64,000 bases of DNA from Ostreococcus lucimarinus (taxonomy: Eukaryota): the NCBI GenBank assembly GCA_000092065.1, contig CP000588.1. The stretch is one strand, 5' to 3'. Below, in pieces: positions 1 to 8,171 of the stretch. Every line of letters starts with the position of its first letter. Position 1 is the first letter of the stretch. Position numbers and translations under genes: made by a program. Under the pieces are notes generated by a model that worked only from the letters and a program-made list of their open reading frames with translations, made no database searches and had not been told where the DNA came from.

Positions 1-46
1 AAAGGGCGCGGGGTCGGGAGACGGCGATGGATCGAACGATAGGGGG

Positions 47-3000
47 GTGAGCGGCGCGAGAGATGGGTCGAATGGGGCGACGGCGCCGGTGGAGGCGCCG
101 CCGCTCGCGGCGCCGGGAGCGACGCCCATTTTGAATAGGATTCGCGCCACCGCGGAGATTAGTAGAGGTAGGAAACAGAAGAAGAGGAAGCGAGTGAAGT
201 TGGCGGACGATAAGTTTATGAACACGCGCGAAGGAGCGATTTATCGCGCCGTGATGGAGGCGGGGGTGCGTTTGAACGCGGAGAAGGAGAAGAGCACCGG
301 CGCCATCGCAGACGACGACGAAGCCTTCAGGCTTCGCGAGTCGAGACGATTGGACAAGGACAAGGAATTGATTCCACGAGTCGTCATCGGTGGTGGTCTT
401 GGTACGTCGACGTACTCCGCCGGCTGGGAGTCTCTCGCAGGCATGGAGGAGCACGTCAAGACGCTCAAGGAGTTGACGCTCCTGCCGCTCGCGTACCCGG
501 AGATGTTTGAAAGTCTCGGCGCGGGCGCCGCGCGTGGCGTGCTTTTGCACGGACCTCCAGGAACGGGAAAAACAGCCGCTGTGCGTGCGATGCTCGGCGC
601 CGCGGCGAGAGGACCGAGACCGATTAGCTTTTTTAGCCGGCTCGGCGCGGATTGTTTGGGCAAGTACAGCGGCGAAGCCGAGCGCAAGCTCCGGTTGTTG
701 TTTGAAGAGGCCGAAAAGCGCCAGCCGAGCATCATATTTTTCGACGAAATCGATGGTTTGGCACCCGCGCGTCGAGGTGGTGGCGGCTCGGGCGCGCAGG
801 ATGAGATTCACTCCTCAGTCGTCGCCACTTTGCTCGCGCTCATGGATGGTTTGTCTGGTCGAGGGTCTGTTGTTGTTGTCGCATCGACGAATCGTCCCGA
901 CGCCGTCGATCCCGCTCTGCGCCGACCTGGGAGATTCGATCGCGAGCTATTTTTTGGTCTTCCAGACGCTGAAGCGCGTGCGGACATATTAGCCGTGCAC
1001 ACGCGCGCCTGGACGCCTCGGCCGAGTCGCGAGACGCTCGAAGCAGTCGCGAGCCGCACGGAGGGTTGTGCCGGTGCTGACTTGCGCGCGGTCGCGAACG
1101 CGGCGTTGATGAGTGCGCTCAAGCGTACGTGTCCATCACTTCTTAGCGGAGATCCAACGCGCGATTCTTTGGCGGTCGAGCTCGAAGCGCGACTGCCGCC
1201 GCCAGAGAGCTCGAAGACGGCTTTGGAGGAGGCTCGCGTGGCGCACGAATCAGGACACGCCGGCGCTTTTTTGGCGCTCAAGCAATTCGACGCGCTCGCG
1301 ATGCGAGTCAAAGTATACTGGCCCTTAGAAGACGCTCATCACGAGGCCACGATTGTCGGCTACGACCGGAATACGGTCAGTCACCGATTGCGATACGACG
1401 ACTCAAACTTGTTCAACGGCGAGGACGTTTGGATGCAACTCTTCCGGCCGAACGTCGGTCTCGAAGTGGTACCGAGCGATTTAGAAAAACATCCGGTAAA
1501 AGCAACGGTACGCACGCGGGTCCGCGAGTCGTTGGAGGACGCGAACGACTTACTCGAGAAGTATCGCAACAGTCGTCGAGACGGCGTTTCTGTGTCTTCG
1601 CGAGACTGGACGCACGCTTTATCCACCACGTCTAACGCGTGTTCGGCGAGAAGCGCCGCTGCGGCGCTCGTGCCGCGCGGGAAACCGCTCGAAAGCTTTT
1701 TAGTCCCTATCCTTGGTGGCTCGGTTCGAAAAGTGATGAGCGAATGCTTCAAGCGCGGCGCACCGATGACGCCCAAGTGTCTCTCCGCGGCGAGCGCGTG
1801 CGCCGACGCCGACGTCGCCGACACAGTCGTCGAAGACGCTCTCATCGCCGCTGGTGCGTTTGAACGCGGTTCAGCTTCAATCGAAGACAGAGATATCGTG
1901 CCTTTGACTCATCCGTCGGCATCCGGGGACGATAATTCCGTTCGAAGCGGATGTCGACTCTTGCTCGCGGGCGAAAGCGACTGCGGCCAGCGGGAAATCG
2001 TAGACGTCGTGCTGAACTCTTTGAGCGGAACTTCAACGCACTTGATCAATCTTGCATCGCTGATATCGCATGGAGATGGCGACGCCGTGCGCGGTGTGGC
2101 GGCTGCCTTACTCGAGCCTCTAAGGCAAGCGACGCGAACGAAAACGACGCTCGTGATGCCAGACTTGGACTTGTGGGCGCTAGCGGCTTCCACCGATGGC
2201 TCCGGCGACGTCATCGGCGTCACGACGACCGCGCTTTGGGATCTCGTGCAGAGCACTATTGCAGATTGCTACGCAGCACCCAGCGCGGGCGATGGTGGCC
2301 TGTACGTCGTGTCGTTCGTCAACTTGCCCACAGAGACGCTTCCTGAAGCCGTACTCCACTTTTTCGAGTGCGACGGCGCGGCGATGGATGTCGAACCTCA
2401 GTTCTCCGAAGACCGCGTCAAAGAGTGTGTTGAGCGCGCGGTGTACGAGATCGCCACCGTCGACGTCGCGTCTGCATACGCCGAAGCGCGGCATCACGCA
2501 TACGCGAAGAGGATTGCCTCGCGGCGCGCGCCGAAGACGCCGTCCCCCGCCGTCGTCGCGGACGAGGAAACGGCGAACGAAGCCGCGTGCGAGGCGCTTC
2601 GAATCCGTGTCAGACGCGCACGTGCCATCGTTCGCGCGGCAATCGCAAAGTGTGTCAAAGAGCTTCTGAAAACGCACCGATTCGATCGATTTTTCAACCG
2701 CTCCGAGCAGGCTGGAAAACTCATTCAACTGGCGTTGGATCGTAAAATAGGCAATCCGAATCGGTTCGTGAAAGATCTTCGCGCGTGCGCCAGAGCTTTG
2801 AAGCCTCGACGCGTGACGCACGCCAACATACACAAACCGATCGCGTCGTTGGGATTCAGCGCGGTGGACACCCTCGAAAGTTGGTTCCATCTCGGCGTCG
2901 CCAAGCTCTACGACGAGTACGTCGCGACGGACGCCGAATACGACGAAGCCTTGGCGTCGCTCGCCAAAGTCTCCGGCTTTTCCTCGTCGACGACGCGCGC

Positions 3001-3256
3001 CGCGAGACCCGAGGTGAGCGCACTGTCGACAATTCGTCCCCCGACGCCGTCCTCGGACGTCGTCGCGCCGCCCCGTCTCCCTCCGCGTCCGCTCGACGTC
3101 GTCGTCGACGACGTTCGCGCCGCCCTCGCGCGCGCGCTCCCCGCCTCATCCGCCGACGTCTCCCTCACCCTTCCCGCGCTGCGTCGCGCCGTGGACGCCA
3201 CCAGACTCGACGCGCGCGCCCTCGAGCGCGTCTGCGTCGCCGTGAATCCGCGGTGA
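47..3256 (+). CDS. AAA+ ATPase, ATAD2/Yta7-like (active AAA domain followed by a degenerate second AAA-like domain; possibly 5'-partial)
   Basis: Walker A GPPGTGKT, Walker B IIFFDEIDGLAP, sensor/arginine finger ASTNRPDAVDPALRRPGRFDRELFF. ORF opens with a non-ATG codon near the window edge, so the N-terminus may lie upstream. No bromodomain recognised. Confidence 0.7.
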   Translation: MSGARDGSNGATAPVEAPPLAAPGATPILNRIRATAEISRGRKQKKRKRVKLADDKFMNTREGAIYRAVMEAGVRLNAEKEKSTGAIADDDEAFRLRESRRLDKDKELIPRVVIGGGLGTSTYSAGWESLAGMEEHVKTLKELTLLPLAYPEMFESLGAGAARGVLLHGPPGTGKTAAVRAMLGAAARGPRPISFFSRLGADCLGKYSGEAERKLRLLFEEAEKRQPSIIFFDEIDGLAPARRGGGGSGAQDEIHSSVVATLLALMDGLSGRGSVVVVASTNRPDAVDPALRRPGRFDRELFFGLPDAEARADILAVHTRAWTPRPSRETLEAVASRTEGCAGADLRAVANAALMSALKRTCPSLLSGDPTRDSLAVELEARLPPPESSKTALEEARVAHESGHAGAFLALKQFDALAMRVKVYWPLEDAHHEATIVGYDRNTVSHRLRYDDSNLFNGEDVWMQLFRPNVGLEVVPSDLEKHPVKATVRTRVRESLEDANDLLEKYRNSRRDGVSVSSRDWTHALSTTSNACSARSAAAALVPRGKPLESFLVPILGGSVRKVMSECFKRGAPMTPKCLSAASACADADVADTVVEDALIAAGAFERGSASIEDRDIVPLTHPSASGDDNSVRSGCRLLLAGESDCGQREIVDVVLNSLSGTSTHLINLASLISHGDGDAVRGVAAALLEPLRQATRTKTTLVMPDLDLWALAASTDGSGDVIGVTTTALWDLVQSTIADCYAAPSAGDGGLYVVSFVNLPTETLPEAVLHFFECDGAAMDVEPQFSEDRVKECVERAVYEIATVDVASAYAEARHHAYAKRIASRRAPKTPSPAVVADEETANEAACEALRIRVRRARAIVRAAIAKCVKELLKTHRFDRFFNRSEQAGKLIQLALDRKIGNPNRFVKDLRACARALKPRRVTHANIHKPIASLGFSAVDTLESWFHLGVAKLYDEYVATDAEYDEALASLAKVSGFSSSTTRAARPEVSALSTIRPPTPSSDVVAPPRLPPRPLDVVVDDVRAALARALPASSADVSLTLPALRRAVDATRLDARALERVCVAVNPR

Positions 3257-3384
3257 ACCGTCCGAGCGCGCCGCGTCGTCGCGAGCGCGAATGTAAGATG
3301 TCAACCAACCGACTGACCGACCGACCGACCGTGCTCCGACCGTCCGCACACCTCCGCGCGTCGGCGCGTCGCGTCGCGCGCGCC

Positions 3385-4047
3385 ATGGGCGCGTCCCTCG
3401 CCGCGTGCGCGTCCCCCTCGCGCGTCGACGGCGTCGCCGTCACCGACGTCGACGTCGCCGTGCTCGACCTCAAGCGCGCCGAGCGCCGACTCGACGCCCA
3501 CCTGCGCCGCGTCGACGCCGACATCGCGCGCGACGTCGCGCGCGCGCGCGCGCACGCGTCCTCCCCGAGCGTCGCGCGCGCGCACCTGCGCGCGAAGCGC
3601 GCGCGCGAGGCGGTGCGCGCGCGATTGAGCGCGCTGACGCTGACGGTCGCGACGGCGCTGATGGAGATCGACGCCGCGCAGGCGAGCGCGGAGACCGCGC
3701 GGGCGCTCAAGAGCGGCGCGGACGCGATGCGCGACGTCATCGCGGCGTGCGGTGACGTCGAGGCGGCGATGGAGGACGCGGAACGCGCGAGGGCGTGGGC
3801 GGCGGCGGCGAGCGCGGACGCGCCGACCGGGACGCGGGACGAGGACGTCGCGGACGAGTACGAGGCGATGGTGCGCGAGATGAACGCGGAGGCGAACGAG
3901 GCGCGCGCTATGGTCGAGGATGCGTTAGAGTTACCGTCGGTGCCGACGCGCGCGAGCGCAGACGCGCGAGGCGAGATGGGGACGGACGAGGCGAGCGCGG
4001 CGACGCGCGCGGCGTCGAGGCGGCGCGAACGCGCGGCGGCAGAGTGA
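3385..4047 (+). CDS. CHMP6: ESCRT-III subunit CHMP6/Vps20 (Snf7 family)
   Basis: N-terminal MG (myristoylation-type) followed by SRV..L.LKR..RL, similar to CHMP6 MGNLFGRKKQSRVTEQDKAILQLK. Snf7 core ALKSGADAMRDVIAACGDVEAAMEDAERARAW plus an acidic DEDVADEYEAM tail. The in-frame R-rich ORF extension upstream (2785..3384) is judged non-coding. Confidence 0.65.
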   Translation: MGASLAACASPSRVDGVAVTDVDVAVLDLKRAERRLDAHLRRVDADIARDVARARAHASSPSVARAHLRAKRAREAVRARLSALTLTVATALMEIDAAQASAETARALKSGADAMRDVIAACGDVEAAMEDAERARAWAAAASADAPTGTRDEDVADEYEAMVREMNAEANEARAMVEDALELPSVPTRASADARGEMGTDEASAATRAASRRRERAAAE

Positions 4048-4057
4048 CGCGCGCGAG

Positions 4058-5218
4058 ATGTCGCGCGAGGTCGCGAGAAGCGCGCGGACGGTCGCGCGCG
4101 TTTCGAGGCGTCGCGCGGGAGGCGCGCGGGCGACGCGCGACGCGAGGCGCGGGAATCGTCGTCGGGAACGGGACGCCGTCGCGGGATCCTTTTTCGGACG
4201 CGACGACGCCGAGCAGTGGCTCGCGGCGGGCGACGGCGCGATCGATGATTCGACGTCGACGTCGGCGACGTCCATCGATGCGTCGCTCGCCGAGCTCACC
4301 AAGCGCCGCCGCGGGTTGACGCTGTTCGAACGAGAGATGGATAAAGAGGACGAGGACGACGTAGACTTGCTGGCGTGCGCGTGCTACGTCGCCGCGCACG
4401 CGAATCCAGACATCGACGTCGAAGACGTGCGACGGGAAATCGACGCGTGCGCCGCGCTCGTGCGACGTCGATTGGACGCCGACGTCGACGCGCGGTTCCC
4501 GTTGCGCACGATCAAAACGATTTCCCGGGCGTGGTCCACGGATTTAGGCTTCAAGGGCAACGTAGAGAATTATTACGAGGTGGAAAACTCGTGCGTCGAC
4601 GACGTGCTGAGGCGAAAAGTTGGGATTCCCATCACGCTGTGTTTGATGTACATGGAAATCGCCAAGCGCGTCGGCGTCGACATGGTCGACGTCGGGATTC
4701 CCGGACACTTGCTGTGTCGACCGCTGGCTGAAGGCATGGAGGTGCTCGTGGATCCGTTCAACCAAGGCGACGTCTTATTCATCGAAGAAGTCGAGGATAT
4801 TTTGAGCAAAAATTCCTTGTTCGGAGAAGGCGGCAAAGTGCAGATCGAGCGCTCGTTTCTCCAAGAGACAAAGATACGTAAAAAGGCGTTTCTGACGAGG
4901 ATGCTGGTGAATCTCAAGTCGATTTACTTCGCTCGCGAAGATTACGAGCGCGCGCTGCAGATCACCGAGTACATGATGGCGTGTAACCCGTACGAGTCGC
5001 TGCGAACACCCCTCGTGCGCACGATGGGGGTTCTATATTTCAAAACCGAGCGTTGGATGGACGCCCTGGAGACGTTTACGTCGCTGAGCGACGCCGACGT
5101 CGACGACGAGATCGACGCGTACGTCGAGCACATTCGTCGCGTTTTAGCGCTCGAGAAGGACGTCGTCGCGGACGAACAAAACGACGACGACGACGACGAC
5201 GGCGAAGCGCGCGCGTAG
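4058..5218 (+). CDS. Transglutaminase-like (Transglut_core2) plus TPR protein, SirB1/YchA(UPF0162)-like
   Basis: VLRRKVGIPITLCLMYMEIAKRVGVDMVDVGIPGHLLCR core followed by a TPR-like helical C-terminus. The true start may instead be the internal ATG at 4337 (MDKEDEDD...). Confidence 0.5.
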   Translation: MSREVARSARTVARVSRRRAGGARATRDARRGNRRRERDAVAGSFFGRDDAEQWLAAGDGAIDDSTSTSATSIDASLAELTKRRRGLTLFEREMDKEDEDDVDLLACACYVAAHANPDIDVEDVRREIDACAALVRRRLDADVDARFPLRTIKTISRAWSTDLGFKGNVENYYEVENSCVDDVLRRKVGIPITLCLMYMEIAKRVGVDMVDVGIPGHLLCRPLAEGMEVLVDPFNQGDVLFIEEVEDILSKNSLFGEGGKVQIERSFLQETKIRKKAFLTRMLVNLKSIYFAREDYERALQITEYMMACNPYESLRTPLVRTMGVLYFKTERWMDALETFTSLSDADVDDEIDAYVEHIRRVLALEKDVVADEQNDDDDDDGEARA

Positions 5219-5278
5219 CGATAGCGATAGATACTAGTAGCGATGATACATTTCTCGAAACGCGCGCGCCCTTCGTCG

Positions 5279-5779
5279 TCAACACCGCCTCGCCTTGCGC
5301 GCGTTCAACTTTTTATTCTTCTTCTTCTTCTTCCGCGCCGCCGTCCCGATTCGCGGTTCTCGCCCCTCCCCCTCCCGTTCGCCCCCCCCTTTCGCTCTCG
5401 TCTCCAGCGCGACGTCGCTCGCGCCGTCGAACGCCAACTTCCCGATCAACCCTCCGCTCGTGCTCGCCACCGCCGCCGCGCTCGACGCCGCGCGCGTCGC
5501 CTCCCTGTACGCCTCCGCGTCGATCGTCGCCCGCCGCGCCGTCTCCCGCGCCGGCATCACCCCCACCACCGTCGGCGTCCCCCCCGCGTCGCTCGCGCGC
5601 GCCCCTTCGCGTCCCTCCGCGGCGTCCCGCGCCGCCAGCCGCTCGAGCGCCGCCTCGACGAACGCCGCCTTCCGTCGATGCGCCTCCGTGCGCGCGCGCT
5701 TCTTCAGCGCCGCGACGCGCGCGTTGTGCGCGTACTTTTTCGTCAGTCCCTTGGTGCGCGTGCCCTTGGGGCACACCAT
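5279..5779 (-). CDS. Hypothetical small basic protein (MVCPKGTRTKGLTKKYAHNARVAALKKRAR...)
   Basis: Less arginine-biased than the overlapping plus-strand ORFs and has a Lys-rich tail. No family recognised. Confidence 0.25.
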   Translation of the reverse strand: MVCPKGTRTKGLTKKYAHNARVAALKKRARTEAHRRKAAFVEAALERLAARDAAEGREGARASDAGGTPTVVGVMPARETARRATIDAEAYREATRAASSAAAVASTSGGLIGKLAFDGASDVALETRAKGGGEREGEGREPRIGTAARKKKKKNKKLNARKARRC

Positions 5780-6224
5780 CGCGTCGCGCGTCGCCGCGTC
5801 GCCGCGACGAGTGCGGCCGTCGTCGTCGCGCGCGCGCCGACCCGTAACACCGACGACGACACCGCGCGACGCGCGACGCGGAGTCGCGTTCGTCTTTCGA
5901 CTTCCGTGAGTTTTATAAGCAGTTGGTTTGCGTTGTCGATTTTTTTATACGTAAATTCGTCATTAAACGCGTCCGTACGCGACAGAGGTCGCGGATGCGG
6001 TCGAACTGTGGTGTCTTTCATGTTGCCCCTTTCATGGGTCGTCGCACGCATATCGCGCGCGAAATCGCCCATCATCTTTTACCGCGCGGTCGGTCGGTCG
6101 GTCGTCGCGACGCGGCGCGCGCGCGTCTGGTGGTGGTTTAAACTAACCGACGCGCGCGATGGCGACGGTGGCGCCGTCGACGCGAGGCGCGCCGGACGCG
6201 GTGACGTGCGAAGTGATGTGCGCG

Positions 6225-6290
6225 GCGACGCGACGCGACGCGACGCGACGCGCGACGCGACGAGGGACGCGACGCGACGAAGGATGCGAC
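6225..6290. repeat. (GCGACG)n hexanucleotide microsatellite
   Basis: About 10 tandem GCGACG units visible directly in the sequence. Confidence 0.8.
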
Positions 6291-6341
6291 GCGATGCGAT
6301 CGACGCGATGGTGCGTGGATGCGCAACCACGCTGACGAGCG

Positions 6342-7409
6342 ATGACGCGATCTCGCGCGCGCAGGAGGGAGAAGTTACGCGTGCGATCGATGTGGCTCGA
6401 GCGGGAGTCGGGAGGGGGGGCGAGCGGCGCGAGCGGCGGCGGCGCGGCGGCGAAGACGGCGGCGGCGGCGCCGCGCGAGACGGCGAGTTCGCGAGCGGCG
6501 GCGAAGGCGGCGACGGAGAAACGCGAGAAGGCGGCGGAGACGCCGGTGCGAGCGGTGAAAACGATGAGCGCGGATGCGATCGCGAAGGCGTCGGACAGGC
6601 TGTATCGCGGAGAGAGCGGCGTCGCGAAATCTGTGAAAACGACGACGGCGGAGGCGGAGACGTCGTTCGCGCCGAAGATTAGCGAGGCGAGTCGACGATT
6701 GGCGAAGAAATATCGGGAAAAACAACGAACGAACGACGCGAAACCGGCGGCGAGCGATCGCGCGTCGACGTTGCCGACGCGCGAGCGCGAGGAATTGAAG
6801 GAATTGGAATCGTGCACGTTTGCGCCGAACATTTCGAGACGGTCTCGAGAAATCTCGGCGTCTTTGTACAAGAAAAAGTCTGGATCTTTCGTCGAACGTT
6901 CGCGCGTGTGGGCGCAACGTAAAGAAGCGATTCTCGAGGCCGAGCGCGAGGCGAAAGTCGAGGATGATTTGCGCGATTGTACGTTCGCGCCAAAGATTAG
7001 CGCCCCGGGGCAGACGTCGCGAGAGCGTCGTTCGACGACGATTCTAGTAGACGATCCGGAGAGCTCCACCGCATCTCCAGCGCCGGCGACGCCGTCGTCG
7101 AGCGGAGTGATGCCGAAAGGTTTGGAGTCGTTCCTGGCGCGACAACAAAGTGCGCGAAAACAGCGGGAGGAAAAGAACGCGCTTGCCAATCGCCTCGACG
7201 GCTCGACGTGGAAACACGAGACGACGACGAGCGAACCTTTCACGTTCGCCACCGCGTCCAAGGCGCGGCATCAAAGACCTCGCGACGTCAAGGAGGACGT
7301 CAAGGTTGAAGCAAATGCGGCGACGCCGACGCAGCGCCGCCCGCCGAAATCGCCGGCGTACGTCGCCGCGCGCGAGCGACTTCGCGGCGTCCATCTGCGC
7401 GACGCTTAG
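6342..7409 (+). CDS. Hypothetical protein with repeated (C)TFAPKIS motifs and a C-terminal PFTFAT motif; possibly TPX2/FAM161-like microtubule-associated protein
   Basis: Three spaced copies of S/CTFAP(K/N)IS, a K/E-rich coiled region and a terminal EPFTFATASKAR resembling the TPX2-type PF.F.T..R motif. Start could be the internal M at 6564. Confidence 0.4.
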   Translation: MTRSRARRREKLRVRSMWLERESGGGASGASGGGAAAKTAAAAPRETASSRAAAKAATEKREKAAETPVRAVKTMSADAIAKASDRLYRGESGVAKSVKTTTAEAETSFAPKISEASRRLAKKYREKQRTNDAKPAASDRASTLPTREREELKELESCTFAPNISRRSREISASLYKKKSGSFVERSRVWAQRKEAILEAEREAKVEDDLRDCTFAPKISAPGQTSRERRSTTILVDDPESSTASPAPATPSSSGVMPKGLESFLARQQSARKQREEKNALANRLDGSTWKHETTTSEPFTFATASKARHQRPRDVKEDVKVEANAATPTQRRPPKSPAYVAARERLRGVHLRDA

Positions 7410-7505
7410 CTCGACGACGCTTAGCGCTTAGCGCGCTCCGTTAGAATGGTTGTATTACAAAGCGAGCAAACGCGGGTCATGGGTGTCGGCGGGAACCGAC
7501 CCCGC

Positions 7506-7511
7506 AAAAAA
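7506..7511 (-). terminator. Pol III terminator (T6 on the transcribed strand), 12 nt downstream of the tRNA 3' end
   Basis: Plus-strand AAAAAA at 7506..7511 is TTTTTT on the tRNA strand. Confidence 0.6.
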
Positions 7512-7558
7512 TTGGATTCTGAGGGGGATGCCGCGAATCGAACGCGGGGCCTCTCCCA

Positions 7559-7592
7559 AGTTCAAGCAAGCGCTATTCAGCGCTGGGTATTA
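7559..7592 (-). other. tRNA intron 2, 34 nt, at canonical position 37/38
   Basis: Sits between anticodon-loop G37 and T38. Contains an internal hairpin AGCGC-TGAATAG-GCGCT, typical of endonuclease-processed tRNA introns. Confidence 0.6.
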
Positions 7593-7606
7593 CCCGAAGG
7601 GAGAAT

Positions 7607-7697
7607 CTATTGATCAACGAACGAGAGCGTACAGTCAGTACATAGGACTTTTCAAGGTGTGGGTATGCGCGAGGTCACGTCGGCGTGAAAGACTCAC
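7607..7697 (-). other. tRNA intron 1, 91 nt, at non-canonical position 23/24 (D-stem), with GTGAGT...TACTGAC...AG boundaries
   Basis: Read on the minus strand: GTGAGTCTTTCACGCC...TCCTATGTACTGACTGTACGCTCTCGTTCGTTGATCAATAG. The 5' end matches the 5' splice-site consensus, the branch-point-like TACTGAC lies about 28 nt upstream of the 3' AG. Confidence 0.6.
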
Positions 7698-7857
7698 CAT
7701 ACCACTAGACCACATCCCCTTTACTAGGTGTTTAATCGCCAGAGTATGACGAACACTTAGCAGAATGACGATAAACTTGAAGAGGAGCGATCGCGTCGCC
7801 TCGGACACGACGAAGTTACGGGTTTTCGTCATCCACGTTACGTCGCCCCGCACGTAA

Positions 7858-8157
7858 TCAATCGCCGTCGCGCCGATCGAACGTCTCGTCGTCCATCGTC
7901 AGCGCGAGCGCGCACAGCAAGACGACGTTCATGCCCGCGAAGACGTCGAGGTACCAGTACCCCGTGAGCGCGCCCAAGCCGTCGATCGGGCTCGACGAGG
8001 CGAAGAAACCTTCGAGTGGGTTGCTGCCGTCGGGATAGCTCCACGGCGAGGCGCGCGCGACGCGAGGCGCGCGATGCGTCACCGGTGAGGGTCGCGACGG
8101 CGACTGTCGGAGACGGGGCGCGAGCGCGCCCGAAGGCGACGCGAGACGCGCGGACAT
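7858..8157 (-). CDS. Hypothetical small protein with one hydrophobic segment (IDGLGALTGYWYLDVFAGMNVVLLCALALT)
   Basis: A 99-codon ORF beginning 12 nt after the KRI1 stop on the same strand. No family recognised; could be real or fortuitous. Confidence 0.25.
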   Translation of the reverse strand: MSARLASPSGALAPRLRQSPSRPSPVTHRAPRVARASPWSYPDGSNPLEGFFASSSPIDGLGALTGYWYLDVFAGMNVVLLCALALTMDDETFDRRDGD

Positions 8158-8171
8158 GTGCGGTTCGACGG

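Larger units (their letters stand above)
7523..7719 (-). tRNA. tRNA-Pro (anticodon CGG) gene interrupted by two introns. Exons map to plus coordinates 7719..7698, 7606..7593 and 7558..7523.
   Basis: Spliced product is GGGGATGTGGTCTAGTGGTATGATTCTCCCTTCGGGTGGGAGAGGCCCCGCGTTCGATTCGCGGCATCCCCC. It has a 7/7 acceptor stem GGGGATG/CATCCCC, an A-box TGGTCTAGTGG, anticodon stem CTCCC/GGGAG with loop TTCGGGT, and T-arm CCGCG-TTCGATT-CGCGG (B-box). It resembles animal tRNA-Pro very closely, with a T-run just downstream. Confidence 0.8.

Noticed and set aside
2785-3384. Upstream 200-codon extension of the CHMP6 ORF and the overlapping minus-strand ORFs 2856..3740
   Set aside because: Extremely Arg/Pro-rich translations overlapping the 3' end of the AAA ATPase gene. 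CHMP6 homology starts at the MG at 3385.
7478-7500. Plus-strand tRNA-like T-arm candidate GTCGGCGGGAACCGACCCCGC
   Set aside because: No acceptor or D-arm partners and no A/B boxes on the plus strand. The real tRNA features are on the minus strand.
7450-7749. 99-aa plus-strand ORF (MYYKASKRGSW...)
   Set aside because: Lies over the minus-strand tRNA-Pro gene and its introns, with no protein-like features.
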